Shown piece after piece: positions 16,762-28,100 of a stretch of DNA of 64,000 bases (position 1 is the first letter of the stretch; the number at the start of each line of letters is the position of its first letter). The position numbers and the translations under genes were made by a program. Source of the stretch: Nitrospinota bacterium (lineage in GTDB: Bacteria; Nitrospinota; Nitrospinia; UBA9942); NCBI GenBank assembly GCA_016194325.1, contig JACQBS010000051.1, forward strand, positions 7,855 through 71,854, written 5' to 3'. The notes beneath the pieces are model-generated. The model was given only the letters and a program-made list of their open reading frames with translations, ran no database searches and was not told the DNA's origin.

Positions 16762-17531
16762 ATGCAAGTGAGATGGTTCTTATACCGGAGGGTAAGTTTA
16801 TAATGGGAAGTCGTGGAGACGGCGGAGATGAAGGTGTCTTAGGGGTGGATGTTGGGGTTGACCAGATTCCGCAAAGGGAGGTCTTCTTGAAGGCTTTTTA
16901 TATGGACAAATATGAGGTTACTGTCCAAGAGTATAAGGAGTTTGCAAAGGCAACAGGTCATCCCCTTCCCGGTCTTTTGACAGGTGAAGACAACCCCCTA
17001 ACCCCCTTTATTAAGGGGGAATTTAATGTGAAGGAGTGGGCAGTTAAATATCCTCCCATAGAGGATGATTTTCCAATCAATGATGTAACTTATATGGATG
17101 CGGAGGCTTATTGTTCATGGGCAGGTAAAAGGCTGCCTACTGAAGAGGAATGGGAGAAGGCTGCGAGGGGGAAAGATGGGAGGTTATACCCATGGGGAAA
17201 TGATAAAACAATTGGAAAGGCGAATACAATAGAGTGGTCAAAGGAAAAGGTGGCAGCGGTTGCTGTCGGGAGTTTTCCGACAGATATAAGCCCTTATGGA
17301 GTTTACGATATGGCTGGAAATATCATGGAATGGACATCTTCATGGTATGAGGCATATCCGGGGAGCAAACTAAAACGAGCACAATTTGGAAAAAAGTATA
17401 AGGTGATGAAAGGCGGGGCATGGATGGGACCAATGACACCCTTTGCACGGGGAGCACATCGGTATGCAGCAGGTGTTACAGAGAGAAACCATCATCCCCA
17501 TTTTGGATTTAGATGTGCAAAGGATATATAA
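16704..17531 (+). CDS. Secreted FGE-sulfatase-fold (SUMF1/formylglycine-generating-enzyme family) protein, catalytic Cys pair absent
   Basis: MVLIPEGKFIMGS...YMDKYEVTVQEYKEF...VTYMDAEAYCSWAGKRLPTEEEWEKAARG.DGRLYPWGN...YGVYDMAGNIMEWT...GFRCAKD. No GGS(Y/F)LCH.SYC motif. The ORF opens at ATG 16665 within the repeat arm. ATG 16704 (MIRNLL...) is preferred by analogy with 17660 and 19169. Confidence 0.8.
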   Translation: MIRNLLFTLLIAHCLSLIAYASEMVLIPEGKFIMGSRGDGGDEGVLGVDVGVDQIPQREVFLKAFYMDKYEVTVQEYKEFAKATGHPLPGLLTGEDNPLTPFIKGEFNVKEWAVKYPPIEDDFPINDVTYMDAEAYCSWAGKRLPTEEEWEKAARGKDGRLYPWGNDKTIGKANTIEWSKEKVAAVAVGSFPTDISPYGVYDMAGNIMEWTSSWYEAYPGSKLKRAQFGKKYKVMKGGAWMGPMTPFARGAHRYAAGVTERNHHPHFGFRCAKDI

Positions 17532-17536
17532 AATTA

Positions 17537-17643
17537 GCCACGGAGACACGGAGGCACAGAGTTTTTAAAAGCGGTTTACACGGTTTGAACAGTTTAAACG
17601 GTTTAATCTGGTTTATATCTCTGTGTCTCTGTGACTCTGTGGC
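17537..17643 (+). repeat. Tandem-unit hairpin element, CACAGAG/CTCTGTG family with CGGTTTAAA-repeat loop (copy 2)
   Basis: Left arm gccacggagacacggaggcacagag; right arm tctctgtgtctctgtgactctgtggc, about 21/25 complementary. The loop aaaagcggtttacacggtttgaacagtttaaacggtttaatctggtt is homologous to the loop of 1715..1816. Confidence 0.85.
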
Positions 17644-17659
17644 AAGAAAGGGTGAAATT

Positions 17660-18697
17660 ATGATTCGTAAATTATTACTTAAAACAGTGTCAGTGAATAG
17701 TGTCAGTGACAGGAAAAAAATACTAACATTGATACTTACACTTACACTTACACTGACACTGTCACTTGCATCAGCAAGTGATATGCTCCTCATCCCTGCC
17801 GGAGAATTTATTATGGGGAGCGGGGCTGTTCAGGGAACAGACCCTTACACTGACACTCACACTTTTAAAGAGGGGATTGACTATGGAGTGGATGAGATTC
17901 CACAGAGGAAGGTTTTTGTCAAAGACTTTTATATTGACAGATTTGAAGTAACAAATGCCGAATACAAAGAATATCTTAAATATCTCATTAAGAACAGGGT
18001 GAGGCTTCCATTTTATGAGGATATAGGTATCCCTATCCCGGAGGATTGGAGATATCTAAGAAGCAGTGTCAAAGAGTCAGAGAGTCAAAGTGTCAAAGTA
18101 AAAAATACTGATACTGACACTGACACTTATACTTTTAAAGAAGGCATGGAATATCATCCTGTAAGTGATGTGGATTGGTATATGGCAAATAGTTATTGTC
18201 AATGGAAAGGCAAGAGATTACCTACAGAAAATGAGTGGGAGAAGGCTGCAAGGGGGACAGACGGCAGGCTCTATCCATGGGGGAATGAAGAGAATAAAGG
18301 ATATGCGAATACCAGAAAAAGCAGTGTCAAAGAGTCAGAGAGTCAAAGTGTCAAAGTAAAAAATACTGACACTGACACTAACACTGACACTGGCACTGTG
18401 GCGGCAGGCTTTTTTAAAAAAGATGTTAGTCCTTATGGTGTCCATGATATGGGGGGGAATGTGGCTGAATGGACATCATCTTTATATCGTCCATATCCGG
18501 GAAGTCCTGTGGCAGAAAGAGAGGCATTTAAGAGAGAGTTCTATGTTGTCAGGGGCGGGTCCTATTTAATTAATGCCCATGAATCGGCAAGGGCATCGGC
18601 GAGATACTATATGCTCCCGACCCGTATGCCAAGGGCAGCAGATGCCTGGCATGGTGACGGGATGGTGGGGTTCAGATGTGCAAAAGATAAAGAATAG
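17660..18697 (+). CDS. Secreted FGE-sulfatase-fold protein carrying two in-frame hairpin-repeat insertions
   Basis: The leader is MIRKLLLKTVSVNSVSDRKKILTLILTLTLTLTLSLASA. FGE-family motifs: LLIPAGEFIMGS, RFEVTNAEYKEY, WYMANSYCQWKGKRLPTENEWEKAARGTDGRLYPWGN, YGVHDMGGNVAEWT, GFRCAKD. GGSYLINAHESARASARYY replaces the FGE motif GGS.LCH.SYC..YR, so both Cys are lost. The listed ORF start at 17513 is read-through of element 17537..17643. Confidence 0.8.
   Translation: MIRKLLLKTVSVNSVSDRKKILTLILTLTLTLTLSLASASDMLLIPAGEFIMGSGAVQGTDPYTDTHTFKEGIDYGVDEIPQRKVFVKDFYIDRFEVTNAEYKEYLKYLIKNRVRLPFYEDIGIPIPEDWRYLRSSVKESESQSVKVKNTDTDTDTYTFKEGMEYHPVSDVDWYMANSYCQWKGKRLPTENEWEKAARGTDGRLYPWGNEENKGYANTRKSSVKESESQSVKVKNTDTDTNTDTGTVAAGFFKKDVSPYGVHDMGGNVAEWTSSLYRPYPGSPVAEREAFKREFYVVRGGSYLINAHESARASARYYMLPTRMPRAADAWHGDGMVGFRCAKDKE
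18065..18136 (+). repeat. In-frame hairpin insertion 1 in FGE-like CDS (AGTCAAAG arm / A-loop / CTGACAC arm)
   Basis: Sequence: agtgtcaaagagtcagagagtcaaagtgtcaaag-taaaaaat-actgatactgacactgacacttatactttt. It is 72 nt (24 codons) and encodes SVKESESQSVKVKNTDTDTDTYTF. Confidence 0.85.
18323..18398 (+). repeat. In-frame hairpin insertion 2 in FGE-like CDS
   Basis: The left arm and loop (agcagtgtcaaagagtcagagagtcaaagtgtcaaagtaaaaaatactga) are identical to insertion 1, which lies 258 nt upstream. The right arm is actgacactgacactaacactgacactggcactg. It encodes SVKESESQSVKVKNTDTDTNTDTGT. Confidence 0.85.
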
Positions 18698-19160
18698 TAT
18701 CAAAGTGTCAGAGTATCAGAGTGTCAGAGTTTTTTACTTTGACACTATATAAAAGTGTCAGAGGTAATATGGAAGAGAAAAAGGGTTACAAAAAACTGAG
18801 GGTATGGGAAAAGGCACATCAACTTGCAATGGAAATTTATAATACTACTAAAATATTTCCAAAAGAAGAGTTGTATGGATTAACTTCACAGATTAGAAGA
18901 GCAGCGTTTTCAGTTCCTTTAAATATAGTAGAGGGACATGCAAGTATTAGCAAGAAAGAATTTTTGAATTTTCTTAATATGGCAAATAGGTCCCTTGTTG
19001 AGACAGAATATCTGTTAGAGATAGTGAGAGAATTAAGCTTTTTAAATGAACCCGAGTATCAAAGGTTAGAGAAAATACGCAGTGAAGTTGCAGTTATATT
19101 AAACGCTTTTCGAAAAAGTATCAAACTTTGATACTTTGACACTCTGACACTTTGACACTT
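18696..19160 (+). repeat. Inverted octamer-repeat arms bracketing the four-helix-bundle gene (gene-in-loop hairpin cassette)
   Basis: The left arm is agtatcaaagtgtcagagtatcagagtgtcagag (18696..18729), followed by the mini-hairpin ctttgacact/aagtgtcagag (18737..18762). The right arm ctttgatactttgacactctgacactttgacactt (19126..19160) overlaps the stop codon. Confidence 0.85.
18769..19131 (+). CDS. Four-helix-bundle protein (23S rRNA intervening-sequence protein family; Avd-like fold)
   Basis: MEEKKGYKKLRVWEKAHQLAMEIYNTTKIFPKEELYGLTSQIRRAAFSVPLNIVEGHASISKKEFLNFLNMANRSLVETEYLLEI matches the family pattern (L.VW.KA....iY..t..FPk.E.ygL.sQirRAa.S...NI.EG). The ORF opens at GTG 18721 in the repeat; ATG 18769 after GAGGT is preferred. 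Confidence 0.85.
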   Translation: MEEKKGYKKLRVWEKAHQLAMEIYNTTKIFPKEELYGLTSQIRRAAFSVPLNIVEGHASISKKEFLNFLNMANRSLVETEYLLEIVRELSFLNEPEYQRLEKIRSEVAVILNAFRKSIKL

Positions 19161-19168
19161 TAAAACTT

Positions 19169-22100
19169 ATGATTCGCAAATTGCTGCAAATATTACTATT
19201 TACACTGACACTGACACTGTCACTTTCCCCTGTGTTTGCTACGATCTCTACTGTTGACTCACAGGGTGGTGCGTATAGCTCTATTAAGCTCCAATCTGAT
19301 GGTAAGCCTGCGGTTGCCTACTTTGACCATAAAACCGGGGAGTTGAGGTATTCTTACTGGACAGCGAATGGGACAGTGAATCAATGGATTCGCACTGTCG
19401 TGGAAGAAAAAGGTGTAACAGGGTATGTCTCCCTATGGTTAGGCAGCGGAAATAAGCCCTACATAAGCTACTATCACAACATAAGTAAGAATAACAGCAC
19501 AGGCTCAGATATAAACGGTAAATACGGCAACCACATGGTAGGTGCACTCAAATATGCCTATTGTTCTACTACAACCTGTCTTACACCTGAGGACTGGACA
19601 AAGGTAACTGTGGCAGAGATTGGTCAATCACAAAACGGGCATACTGGAGGGTTTACATCCCTTGCCTTTGATTCGTCAGGAAATCCGAGGATAGCCTATT
19701 ATGACTTTTCTCATAAGATAGATGCCAATGACATAAAGAAAGGTGCATTAAAACTTGCCTATTGTGACAGTAATTGCAGCAGTAGTAGTAGCTGGTCAAT
19801 AAGCACAGTTGATACTGATGGCGGCAGGTCTGCCTCTATGGTTATAAATTCCAGCAATAAGGTGATGTTCAGCTATGATGCTGATGAAGTGCAGACAGTA
19901 AGGTATGCGGAAGGCTCACCCCCATTTTCATCATGGACTAAAGCGGATATAGATACAATTGTAAACACGAGTAATTTATTCAGGGATACATCAATAGCAA
20001 TTCATCCAACCACGGGGAAGCCGAGGCTTATATATCAATATCAAGGGCAGGCTGACTATGGAACAGGCGGTACTTGTAGTTCTTGTACCCGGTCTGTCAG
20101 CGATCGATATTATGGTTACAATACTCCCGGGATTATAACCCGTCGTGATGCATACTATGCCTATTGTGATGCTGCTGATTGCACAGTTTCTACAAACTGG
20201 ACAAAAAATGTTGTTTTAGAGAGTAATGAGAGATATTTGAGGGGATATACATCTTCAATTAAGGTTGGGAGTGACGGTCCAAAGATTGCGTATCATTACT
20301 GGGGGCATAGGGCAAATAGTGCTTATTCTATTGGGCTTACTCAGAACCTCCAATATGTTAACTGTACTACCGCGAATTGTTCAAGTAAGAACATCTCCAC
20401 TATTGATTCAACAGAGAACACAGGGCTTTATTCTTCCATTGCACTTGATTCCTCTAACAATCCTTTGATTTCTTATTACGATTATGATTCAAACCAATTA
20501 AAGCTTTACCATCCGACAAACTCTTATACTGATGCTGGTATTACAGCAGATACCCGTGCAAGCGATACATCCAATGGAGGCACAGGACTACAGAGTGGGG
20601 ATAGCTTCAAAATCCTCTTTTCAGGTGCTACTAATGGAGCAGCATGCTCTATTACTACTGCTAATATAGACAGTATCCTCAAACTCTCAAATGGTCATTC
20701 CTGGGTATGCTCGGGGAGCAGTATAACAGCTACATGGAGTAACACCTACAATACAAACGATACACTAACAATCACGGTTACTTCCGGCACAGGTGGCTGT
20801 GTGCCTACAGTGGAGGTTGGGGATAGGGTATCTCTGAATGGAACCTGTATATTAGATGGGAGTGGTAATCCTATTATTTTACAGACAGAGATAAGGGGTA
20901 GCACCGGAGTCAAGGTTCCAACCGGCGCTGTAGCATATTGGAAGATGGATGAAGGTGCGAAGCTTACTGCCTGGGACAGTGTAGGTCCACATAATGCATC
21001 TTTGAACAATGGTGTTACATGGACAACAGGTCTTAGTGGCTCTGGACTCTCTCTTGATGGCAGTGATGACTATCTGATTGTCCCCGGAAACCCTGTTGAT
21101 TTAGATATTAAAGGGGGGAAGATTACCATTGAGGCATGGCTCAAGCCGAATAATTTATTTAGCACAAATTATACTGTCCTCAGTAAAGAGAATAGTTATG
21201 CAATGACATCAAATGGTCAGTGTGCCATAGAAACATCCGATACAGGAACAACATGGGCATGGTATGGGGGAGCGAGTATGAGCAGATTGCAAAGAAATTA
21301 TTCAGGAAATAAGGATATATGGAGACAGGTTGTCTGCACATACGATGGAACAACACAGAAGGTTTATATAGATGGCATCTTTGATGGAAGTCTATCACGG
21401 ACAGGAACTGTAAGCGCCTCAAATTATCCTTTTGTAATGGGGAGGAGGGAACTGTCAACATGGCCTACGAACAGAGGATATGATAGTAATGGTTGTCCTG
21501 GTACCGTCAGCGGTTGCAGTGGTGAAAACTACTGGGGGACAAATTATTACAATGGGAAAATGGATGAGGTTGTTATATATAATACTGCACTTTCACAGAC
21601 TGAAATTTTAAATCGTTTCAGCTCATTACCTGCCCAGTTTGAGAGGGCAGATGCAAATGATACATCTATGAGTGGCTATGGGCTTCAGGCAGGGGATACT
21701 ATAGCAATAAGGTTCACGAATGAGACAAATGCCCCTACAATAAATGCAGGAAATATAAATACAGTCCTCTCAGTTACTGGAAAGACATGGAAGGATGGGA
21801 GTGGAAATATAGGTAGTGCAGTATGGAGTCAAACAAGATTCACTAATGATACACTATTAATCACATTAAGCACAGCAACCAGTGCCCCCACAGTTGCAAC
21901 AGGAGATATAATAACCCTATCGGGAGGAATAATAAAAGAGAAAACCGGGATCAACTCTATTACAGGCTCCACTAAAATCAGGGGAAGTTATGATTTGAAT
22001 GGTGCTGTTGCATACTGGAATCTTGACGAGAGCAGCGGGGATCCATCAGACAGTGTCGGGCAGTATAATACCGGGACACTTGCTTGTGTTGGTACGGGTT

Positions 22101-25100
22101 GCACTAATCCAACCTATGCCGCAGGTAAATATGGCAATGCTATGACATTTGCCAGCGCCTCATCTCAATATGTTTCTGTCTCAAACTACCCTGATTTAAA
22201 CCCATCTACCTCTATCACAGTAGAGGCATGGGTTAGCCTTAGTGATACAGGGGCTGAGCATGTTATATTATCAAAGAATAATCAGTATCTTCTTAGATAT
22301 TCTACAAACAACAAATTCTCCTTTTATTTGTATGATGGGACCGATTGGGAACCAGGTGTTCATAGCGCTACATTACCAAGCTCCAATACATGGTATCATG
22401 TTGTAGGAACATGGGATGGGACAAATCAAAAAATTTATGTAAATGGAGTATTGGAAAATACTGTTACCCATAACTTCACGTCTGCCTCTACTACAAATGC
22501 AGTAGAAATTGGAAAATGGTCTGCATATATGAACGGTCTTATTGACGAAGTTGTGATTTACAATCGTGCCATTACGGATGATGAGGTTCGGAAGCGGAAT
22601 AGTTCAAGGCTTAAGACTGCTGTGGCTAAAGATGCCTCAGGCTTATCAGGTATTCAGGCGGGGGATAAGGTTATAATTACATTTGATGCACCCACAGGCG
22701 CCACTTCAATAACAAGCGCCAATATAGGTACCGCCCTATCCCTCTCCAGCAGTCATTCATGGAAGGATGGTGCTGGAAATATAGGAAGTGCTGTATGGAG
22801 CACAACAACCTATACAAATGATACACTTACAATAACTTTAAGTACAGGGACAAGTGTTCCAACTGTTGCTGTCGGGGATACGATTACACTCGGTACCACA
22901 ATAAAAGATACATTTAATAGAACAATAACAGGCTCGCTAACTATAGGTGGAACATTCGGGACTGCACTTCCATCCGGGAGTGTAGCATACTATAACTTTG
23001 ATGAGCAGAGTGGAGGGACAGCACACGATTCAATAGGAAACAATCATGGAACGCTAAATAATTCCTTCTGGAAGACTGAGCGGCTCTTCAAGGGACTCTA
23101 CTTTGATGGCAGCAGATATGTTGATGTCCCGGATAGTTCTGACTTTGACCTCTCATCCTATACAATAGATGCGTGGGTGAAGGTGCCTGATGGATTAACT
23201 ACTACTACCCAATACAGACAAATTATCTCACAGGATGATGGTGCAAACTACTGGAGGATGAGGCTGAATAATAACACACTTGAGCTCTGTGACAGCAGGC
23301 TCACAATGAGCGACTCAACTACATGCTTTAAAACAGCCACAACTATTAATGATGGAGAATGGCATCATGTAGCAGTTGTCCGGGATGGGACAAATAATCA
23401 GGTTTTACTATATATAGATGGTGTCCCCCTCGCAACAGATAATACTACAGGTGGAGGGACCGCCCACAATATCTCGGCTGCGGTTCAGCTCGGCAGGAAA
23501 TATGATAGCACAGGATATTTTTATGGAATGATAGATGAGGTTGTCCTCTATAACAGGGCACTAACGGCTACGGATATACAGAGTAGATACCGTGCACCAT
23601 TAAAATCAGCCTTCACAAGTGATATATACTTTAATTCAGGAAAACAGGCAGGTGATAAGGTTATTATCAGGTTCCATGGGAAGACGAATGGCTCTACTCC
23701 TGCGATTGATGCTACCAATATCAATACAATCCTTCAACTCTCAAGCGGTTCATGGAAAGATGGTGCAAATCAGATTGGCAGTGCGGTATGGTCAACATAT
23801 AAATGGACAAATGATACATTAACCATAACATTGAGTGCAGGAACAAGCGCCCCTACAATAGCATCAGGTGCTACCATAACAGTGAATGGGACATATATAA
23901 AAGACACATTTAATAATGCCATATCCGATTCAATAACATTAAGTAAAGACTTTGACTTTAACCTGCCAGAGGGTGCAGTGGCGTACTATAAGATGGAGAA
24001 TAATAATGACAGCTTTGGCACGAATAATATAACAACTAACACTGGCACAGGAGGTGCATGTAAGTTTGGCAATTGCTACACCTATGGTGCAAATCAATAT
24101 GCCTCTATTACTAACTCCTACACTCTAAACCCTGAGAGGATTACAGTAGAGGCATGGGTTAATCCCGGCACCTCAACTGCAACATGGGCTACCGGAAATG
24201 CATACTTCTTCTATGGAGCCAATTCTGTTCAGTTCTATGGTGCAGCCGGTGCAGCCACAGTTCGTTTCAGTGTATATGTAAATGGTGCATGGACGAATAT
24301 GAATTATACGCCCTCAAGTATCTCCGGATGGCATCACTATGTTGGGACATATGATGGTGCAAACTTAAGACTCTATATGGATGGTGTGGCAGTGGGGACC
24401 CCTGTTACATTATCGGGAGTTATAAATCAATTTGATACTGGCACTTTCTACCTTACTCAACCTGCAACCGCAAATAATCCATCTGTTTCTATAGATGATG
24501 TCGCTGTCTATAACCGTGCATTGACAGCAGAAGAGGTTCTTGGCCGTTATGGAGATTATACAGTTACTGCCATTGCAAGGGATACATCTGGAGGAGGACC
24601 TGGTATTCAGGCAGGGGATACAGTTACATTCAAGTTCTCAGGACCAACAAATGGTGCTGTTATTGATGCTGCCAATATAGATAATGCCCTTGCCATTTAT
24701 GAGCTAAACACATGGAAGGATGGGAGTGGGAATATAGGGAGTGCAGTATGGAGTTCTCCTACCTATTCAAACGATACACTGACAATTACATTAAGCACAG
24801 GGACGAGTGTCCCCACTGTTGCACCACTGAATAATATTACAATAGGCTCGCCAATAGGCTCAAAATACAGGGCATTCACAAAGAGTGCAAAAATCGGAGG
24901 ATTATTTGGGGATAATCTTCCTGCTTCGGGTAACAAGGTAGTCTACTATAACTTTAATGAGCAGAATGGAACTACTGCCTATGATTCAATTGGAAGCAAT
25001 CATGGGACGCTAAATAATTCCTTCTGGAGGACGGAGCAGACATTCAAAGGACTTTATTTTGATGGCAGCAGATATGTTGATATTCCTGATAGTGATGATT

Positions 25101-28100
25101 TTAACCTCTCATCTTATACAATAGATGCATGGGTGAAGGTGCCAGATGGCTTGACTACAGGCATTAGACAAATTATCTCACAGGATAATGGAACGAGCTA
25201 CTGGAGGATGAGGCTAAATAATAACACACTTGAGCTTTGTGACAGCAGGCTCACAAGTCCGTGTAATAATACAGCCACAACTATTAATGATGGAGAATGG
25301 CATCATATAGCAGTTGTTCGTGATGATGCATTGGATAAGGTTTTATTTTATATAGATGGTGTGAATATCTGGACAGTCTCATCACTTACAGAAACAGGGA
25401 CACATGCTATAAATGCTAATATTCAAATAGGCAGGAAGTATAATGGCACAGAATATTTTTATGGAATGATAGATGAGGTTGTCCTCTATAACAGGGTGCT
25501 GACAGATGCAGAAATACAGACCAGATACCGTGCCCCTGTAAAATCTGCCTTCACAAGTGATTCATATTTTAGCTCAGGAATAGTCTCAGGGAAAGATAAG
25601 GTTGTTATAAGATTCCATGGAAAGACGAATGTGGCGACGGCAATAGATAGCACTAATATCAATACAATTCTTCCAATAACAGGAAAGACGACAGGATGGG
25701 GAACTGTCCAGGGTGCAGTATGGTCAACATATCCTACTGGTGGAACTATGACAAATAATACACTGACCATAACATTAGGCACAGGGGCAACAATAGCAAA
25801 GGGGGATACAATAACAACAAACGGCACATATATCAAAGATTTATATCTCAATTCCATATCCGATTTAATAACATTGAGCGGAGATTTTAACCTTAATCTG
25901 CCTGAAGGTGCAGGAGCATACTGGAGATTTGATGAGACTACCGGGACTACTGCATCCGACAGTTTCAATGGTAATAGCGGGACACTTATAAATTCCACAT
26001 GGACTACTGGAAAAATCAATAATGCCCTCCAGTTTGGTGGACCCTTGACTTATACTAAACTTTCAGCAGGCACAGCCACTGCCATCAGCACCAGTGCTAA
26101 TTATAGACTGAATGGACCACAAGATGGTCAGGGGAGTACCGTTGGAACTTGCACCTCCACTACCAGTACCTGTTATACCTGGCGTGCTAATACCGCTGTT
26201 AACAATGAGTGGTGGCAGGTAAACTTCGGAAGTTCTCAAACAATTTCAAGGGTAAAAGTGTATGCATATACAACAGGCACAACTGCAACTTATAAAGTGC
26301 AGACATCACCAGATGGCTCAACATGGACAGATAGGGGGAGCACAACAACGAACGGATGGACTACTTTTGATTTCTCTCCGATAACATCGCAATATGTCCG
26401 GGTGTATGAGACCGCTAATGCCGGCGATGGCTTTCTCTATATATCAGAAGTAGAGGTTTATAATGATAATAGTGGTAATAATTATGCTCAAGTCAATAAC
26501 TCCTACTCCCTGAACCCTGAAAGGCTCACAGTAGAGGCGTGGGCAAAGAGTGGTGCAGCTTCATGGAATGTTACTGATGCACTTGTAACTAAGGCTTCTG
26601 CTTACAAACTCTCTACAACTTCCGGTTCCAAAAATATGTCCTTCTACATATATGCAGGCGGGGCATGGCGGGGTCCTGCTACATTTACTGCTGATGGGAG
26701 CTTTGACATCACACAGTGGCACCATTATGCAGGGACCTATGATGGGGCAAATTTAAAAATTTATGTTGATGGTGTGCTTAAGAATACTACTGCCTATACA
26801 GGAGTGATAAATATCACTGATACAACGGGTCTTTACATAGGCAGTGATAATGGAACAACAAACTATTTGAATGCCAATATAGATGAGGTTGCAATTTATA
26901 ACCGTGCATTGACATTAGAAGAGGTGATTGGTCGTTACGGAGATTATAGCCCAATTACAGCCTTTGCAAATGACCCTGCACCTGATGTTTCGGGTATTCA
27001 GGCTGGGGATACAGTTGAAATAAGGTTCCCTGGACCAACAAATGGCGCTTTCATTGATGCAAGTAATATAGATAATTTCCTTACCCTATCAAATACCCAT
27101 TCATGGAAGGATGGGAGTCTTGCAATAGGTAGTGCAGTATGGAGCACAAGGGTATATGAGAATGATACATTGACAATTACATTAAGTGCAACTACAAGTG
27201 CACCTACTGTTGCACCACAGGATACAATCTCAATAGGCGGTGCCGGAGAGATAAATGCGAAATACAGGGCAGCCGCATGGAACCCGAAAATCAGCGGGAC
27301 ATTTGGAGAGCCGTTACCCGGGACACCCGCAGCATTTTGGAAGATGGATGAGAATACCGGCAATATTGCCTTTGACACTGTAGGGACGAATGATGGAACC
27401 CTTTCTGGCACAACTATCCCGGCATGGGGGACAGGCTTCTTCAACTATGGGCTGGACTTTAACAGCAGCACTGCCTATATGAATGTCGGTAGTATAATAT
27501 TAATTGGTGATTGGTCTATAGAGGGATGGTTCAAGTATCCTCTACCTATTGTTACAGGTACATATAATTCTCTTACAGGAGACCGCCGTGTTGTAGTCCA
27601 GAGAACAACAATGAAACTTGGGACATATAATGGTGCATTTGTTGATCTGGATACTCCTTATTTGATGAGTGGACTCGTATCAGGCTGGCATCATATTGCA
27701 GCAGTAGGTGATTCTACTGTTGGTGGATGTTCGCCCTTGCCCGACGGATGTACAAAGTTTTATATTGATAGTGTCCTTGTAGGAACAGCAAATTATAAGA
27801 CCACTGCTGCATTGACGACTATAGGTAATACAACTGCAGGTAATGAGCAGTTCGGTCTTATAGATGAGCTCGCTGTTTACTCAAGCGCCCTCACAGCAGA
27901 TGAGGTAGCCTCCCGCTATCTTGTCTTCTTTAAGGAAATCTATGCAAAAGATACGAGTAATGGTGGTGCTAATGTCCAGAATGGGGACCAGGTCATTGTC
28001 AGATTTGATGGACCTACAGGTGCAACATTTATAGATGGTAATAATATAGCTAATGCCCTGCAGTTATCTGCCGGCAGTTGGGGGACTATAACCTCTGCTA

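Noticed and set aside
16704-17531. Annotating the FGE-family genes as sulfatase-maturating enzymes and the rhodanese-like genes as thiosulfate sulfurtransferases.
   Set aside because: The catalytic cysteines are absent in all copies. There is no sulfatase gene in the window. All the proteins are secreted.
17513-17659. N-terminal extensions proposed by the ORF track: 17513 for the FGE-like gene, 48526 for the rhodanese-like gene, 47497 for an FGE-like gene, 60485 for the small secreted protein, and 5223, 4358 and 62045 for others.
   Set aside because: The extensions translate intergenic hairpin elements or overlap the upstream gene out of frame. Internal ATGs preceded by RBS-like sequence give canonical signal peptides.
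16704-19131. Diversity-generating retroelement (DGR). An Avd-like four-helix-bundle gene sits directly after FGE-fold (C-type-lectin-fold) genes, which are the classic DGR target scaffold.
   Set aside because: There is no reverse transcriptase ORF anywhere in the window. No non-coding template repeat resembles the 3' ends of the FGE-like genes. The C-terminal regions of the paralogues differ like ordinary diverged paralogues rather than by adenine-specific substitutions. An RT/TR elsewhere in the genome cannot be excluded.
18769-19131. Presence of a 23S rRNA intervening sequence or rRNA operon, because the protein family is named after rRNA IVS.
   Set aside because: No rRNA-like sequence flanks the gene. 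It lies between protein-coding genes, and only the stem-plus-ORF architecture is analogous.
25486-26019. Long minus-strand ORFs: 25486..26019, 31075..31599, 13354..13884, 6353..6859, 26998..27444, 51580..51975, 52927..53310, 63302..63757 and others.
   Set aside because: All lie antisense to strongly supported + strand CDSs. They have low-complexity or repeat-mirroring sequences and no start context, so they are shadow ORFs.
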